Assembly (NCBI GenBank): GCA_016788825.1
Contig: JAEUSD010000004.1
Location: 1-59,647, forward strand
Source of the DNA: Candidatus Doudnabacteria bacterium
GTDB taxonomy: Bacteria > Patescibacteriota > Dojkabacteria > J137 > JAEUSD01
Reading direction: 5' to 3'
DNA: 59,647 nucleotides
Shown: piece by piece, positions 56,860-59,647 of the stretch
Numbering within the stretch: position 1 is the stretch's first letter
Layout of the letters: each line of letters opens with the position of its first letter
The notes under the pieces: generated by a model
The model's database searches: none
Told to the model about the DNA's origin: nothing
What the model saw: only the letters and a program-made list of their open reading frames with translations
Translations under genes and position numbers: made by a program

Positions 56860-59169
56860 ATGCCTAAAGATAATCATAACCACAGCAATCACAATTCCAA
56901 AGTAAGCATCCCTGTAGCCGGCATGCACTGTGCCAGCTGTGCAGCCACAATTAAGTCGAAGTTATCTCAAGATCCCGATGTTGTAAGTTGTGAAGTTAAC
57001 TTTGCTACGAACACCGCACAGCTCGAGATCAAAAGTGGCCAGCCGAACATCCCTGAGCTCAACAAACGAATTGAGAAGTACGGTTATCAGCTTGTTTCAC
57101 AGGATTCTAAGCATATGGAGCATCAAAAAGATGGCGATGCTGCCGTGGAACACGCTCATCATCACGATCACATGGGAGGTATCGCGGTACAAAAACAAGA
57201 ATTAGCCTTTTGGCGTAAGAAGTTTTATCTTTCCCTCCCCTTCACTCTAGCATATCTAGTACTGATGGTGATTGAATTGTTTAAGCTTGTTGAATTGCCG
57301 ATGGAAATATTGAACGGAGTCGGTCTAGTCGCCGGAGCGATAGTAATGGCAGGCGCTGGCCGCCCGTTTATAGATGCTGTACGAAGGTTTGTGCAATACC
57401 GGGCGGCCAACATGGATACCCTGGTGGGAATCGGTACCTCCGTTGCTTATGTTTACAGTGCAGCGATTACCCTCTTCCCTAGTCTGGTGATGGGATTGGG
57501 CCTACCCGATCATACCTACTATGATGTGGCGATTGTGGTGATCGGCTTTATTATCACTGGAAAGTATCTAGAGGCCAGTTCAAAACTGCGCACGGGTGAA
57601 GCCCTGATCAAACTGATGGAATTGTCCGCCAAGACAGCACTTGTCGAACGCGATGGGCAAGAAACAGAGATCCCCATTGAACAAGTTGTACTGGGGGATT
57701 TGGTCCGGGTGCGTCCTGGGGAGAAAGTCCCTGTCGACGGCAAGATTGTGGCTGGCGAAACAGCTGTGGATGAGTCGATGATCACCGGAGAGCCGCTTCC
57801 TGCAGATAAACAACAAGGCGATACAGTCCTTGCAGGAACCATAAATACTTACGGCTCTATTCAATTAGAAGCTACAGGTGTGGGGGCGGATACCATGTTG
57901 TCTCGCATTGTTGAAATGGTACAAATGGCGCAAGCGTCCAAAGCCCCAATTCAGCAGCTTGCGGATAGAGTTTCGGCTGTCTTCGTACCAATTGTGCTAG
58001 TAATCGCGCTAGCTACGTTCTTGATCTGGCTGGGTCTGGGGATTGTCGGAGCTGTGGATGGGGCTGTAGGAATGGCGATTACTAATCTTGTGGGCGTGCT
58101 GGTCATCGCTTGTCCTTGTGCATTGGGCTTAGCCACGCCCACAGCGATCGTGGTAGCCACTGGTAGCGCTGCTCGCAAAGGGATTTTGATCAAAAATGCG
58201 GAGGCGCTGCAGAAGTTGGCGGCCGTTGACGTAGTCGTGACAGACAAAACTGGAACTCTTACCCACGGCCGCCCGCAGGTGCTGGATATGAAATTGGCGG
58301 CTGGTGTGGATGCAGATCAAGCCCTGCAAGCATTATTCAGTCTGGAAAAGTTATCTGAGCACCCAGTAGCAAAAGCGGTAGTTGAATACGCAGCTAAAAA
58401 TGGCGCTCAAGCTCTGCGGGTAGACAGTTTCGCTGTTATCCCTGGCAAGGGGGTGAAAGGGAAAATTGATGGTGTGGAATATTTTGCTGGTAACCCTGCT
58501 CTGTTGGCAGATTTGAAGATCGATATTCCATCCGAACTGAGTGCTCAGATCGAACATCAAGCGAAGTCGGTTATTTACTTGGCTACGGCCAAAGCAGTGC
58601 AGGGGTTTGTGCAGATTACGGATGAAGTGAAAGGGCCGGCGAAAGAGGTTGTCGCAGAGCTAGGACGGCGTGGAATTCAGGTAACAATGCTGACTGGTGA
58701 CGATGCGGCAACTGCGCACGCAGTTGCCGCTGAACTAGGTATTTCCTCCGTCATTGCGGGGGTCTTACCTGATGGTAAGGCAGCGGAGATCCAAAAGCTA
58801 CAAGCGCAGGGCTTCAAGGTTGCTATGTTGGGAGATGGAATCAATGATGCCCCTGCTCTGTCCCAAGCCGACGTAGGGATTGCGATGGGTAATGGGACAG
58901 ATGTGGCGATCGAGTCGGCTGAAATTATCTTGCTCAAGGGTGATTTGACGAAGTTGTTTGCTGCCATCAAGTTATCCAAGTCTACTTTGGGGATTATTAA
59001 GCAAAACTTGTTCTGGGCCTTTATTTACAATATCTTGGGCATCCCAGTAGCGGCAGGTTTGCTCTATCCTCTTGGGTTGAGTTTGAATCCAGCGATTGCT
59101 GGCCTGGCTATGGCTCTGTCATCGGTGTCGGTAGTGCTCAATTCTTTGAGACTTGCGACCAGAAAATAA
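56860..59169 (+). CDS. copA: copper-translocating P1B-type ATPase
   Basis: N-terminal HMA domain [15 protein letters not shown] ([11 protein letters not shown]), [15 protein letters not shown]. Confidence 0.95.
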   Translation: MPKDNHNHSNHNSKVSIPVAGMHCASCAATIKSKLSQDPDVVSCEVNFATNTAQLEIKSGQPNIPELNKRIEKYGYQLVSQDSKHMEHQKDGDAAVEHAHHHDHMGGIAVQKQELAFWRKKFYLSLPFTLAYLVLMVIELFKLVELPMEILNGVGLVAGAIVMAGAGRPFIDAVRRFVQYRAANMDTLVGIGTSVAYVYSAAITLFPSLVMGLGLPDHTYYDVAIVVIGFIITGKYLEASSKLRTGEALIKLMELSAKTALVERDGQETEIPIEQVVLGDLVRVRPGEKVPVDGKIVAGETAVDESMITGEPLPADKQQGDTVLAGTINTYGSIQLEATGVGADTMLSRIVEMVQMAQASKAPIQQLADRVSAVFVPIVLVIALATFLIWLGLGIVGAVDGAVGMAITNLVGVLVIACPCALGLATPTAIVVATGSAARKGILIKNAEALQKLAAVDVVVTDKTGTLTHGRPQVLDMKLAAGVDADQALQALFSLEKLSEHPVAKAVVEYAAKNGAQALRVDSFAVIPGKGVKGKIDGVEYFAGNPALLADLKIDIPSELSAQIEHQAKSVIYLATAKAVQGFVQITDEVKGPAKEVVAELGRRGIQVTMLTGDDAATAHAVAAELGISSVIAGVLPDGKAAEIQKLQAQGFKVAMLGDGINDAPALSQADVGIAMGNGTDVAIESAEIILLKGDLTKLFAAIKLSKSTLGIIKQNLFWAFIYNILGIPVAAGLLYPLGLSLNPAIAGLAMALSSVSVVLNSLRLATRK

Positions 59170-59193
59170 ATGTATATATAAATTACTCATATT

Positions 59194-59647
59194 ATGTCAG
59201 ATTCGAAACAAAAAGTTGTCAGCGTAACTACTCAAGAATATTTCGTAGAAGGGATGCACTGTGCGGCGTGCGAGGTATTGGTTTCTGAGCGGATGCTCGA
59301 GGTCCCTGGCGTGCAGGCCGCAGAGGCCAAATTGGTGACTAAGACTGTGCAGATAACTTGGGATGGGCAACTGGATGTTGAAGGATTGAGACTCAAGGGG
59401 ACTGAGTTGCTGCGTGATGTGGGTTACAAATTACACCTTGGTGACACCGCGCCAGGCCACGCAGTGGCCTGGCGCAAGCTACTTTTGCCCCTGATTTTGG
59501 CCCTAGTTATCTTTGGAGGATTCTTATTACTTCAAGAGTCTCCCCTTACAGGGTTGTTATCTGGCACTCAAGCCACTACATTGTCTTTTGCCTTCCTATT
59601 AGGGCTCGTAGCCTCTGTATCTACTTGTATGGCGGTAGTCGGGGGCT
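59194..59647 (+). CDS. HMA (CxxC) domain fused to a membrane domain, 3' end outside the window
   Basis: GMHCAACE heavy-metal-associated motif followed by hydrophobic helices. The frame runs off the right edge. Confidence 0.7.
   Translation, partial: MSDSKQKVVSVTTQEYFVEGMHCAACEVLVSERMLEVPGVQAAEAKLVTKTVQITWDGQLDVEGLRLKGTELLRDVGYKLHLGDTAPGHAVAWRKLLLPLILALVIFGGFLLLQESPLTGLLSGTQATTLSFAFLLGLVASVSTCMAVVGG

Overview
This 59.6-kb window is densely packed, roughly 90% coding by eye, with many ATGA or 4-nt gene overlaps. It uses the standard genetic code: TAA, TAG and TGA all end well-conserved genes.

Most of it is core information-processing genes: frr, rseP, rpsU, dnaX-ybaB-recR, rpsF-ssb-rpsR, prfA-prmC, rpmE, dnaB, efp, ruvCAB, gyrBA, holB, rpmF-nusB-rnc-rpsP, recG, uppP, glyA, tRNA-Leu(CAA) and tRNA-Ser(UGA). 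It also holds a complete secretin-less type IV pilus locus at 30.3-42.3 kb (pilB-pilT-pilC-pilins-pilD-pilins-pilMNO) and a CsoR/CopA copper module at the right edge.

Compactness, pili without a secretin, an LCP protein, extended ribosomal proteins and no outer-membrane genes fit a small-genome monoderm bacterium such as Patescibacteria/CPR. That placement is inference only. I see no rRNA, CRISPR array, transposase, integrase or reverse transcriptase.

The most unusual signals, all read by eye, are:
1. A strongly over-represented palindrome (core TTAGCTAA, consensus about AAWGTTAGCTAACWTT). There are 12 copies. All 11 coding copies are read as Leu-Ala-Asn/Lys in unrelated genes on both strands, and one perfect 16-mer fills the pilB-pilT spacer.
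2. A PilT ATPase with a roughly 335-aa Pro/Ala/Ser-rich N-terminal extension.
3. All five prepilins carry Ala rather than Gly at position -1.
4. nusB is interrupted by an in-frame TAG inside a tight operon.
5. Many genes have a TATAAT box 5-9 nt upstream of the ATG and no Shine-Dalgarno, which suggests leaderless mRNAs.
6. Several orphan cassettes of unknown function:
   - a P-loop NTPase plus two unknown genes next to tRNA-Ser;
   - a 37-aa membrane peptide coupled to a 393-aa unknown protein;
   - a deoxyribosyltransferase-like/RHH fusion next to VOC and NADAR genes.
7. A 610-bp non-coding AT-rich gap with a perfect DnaA box.
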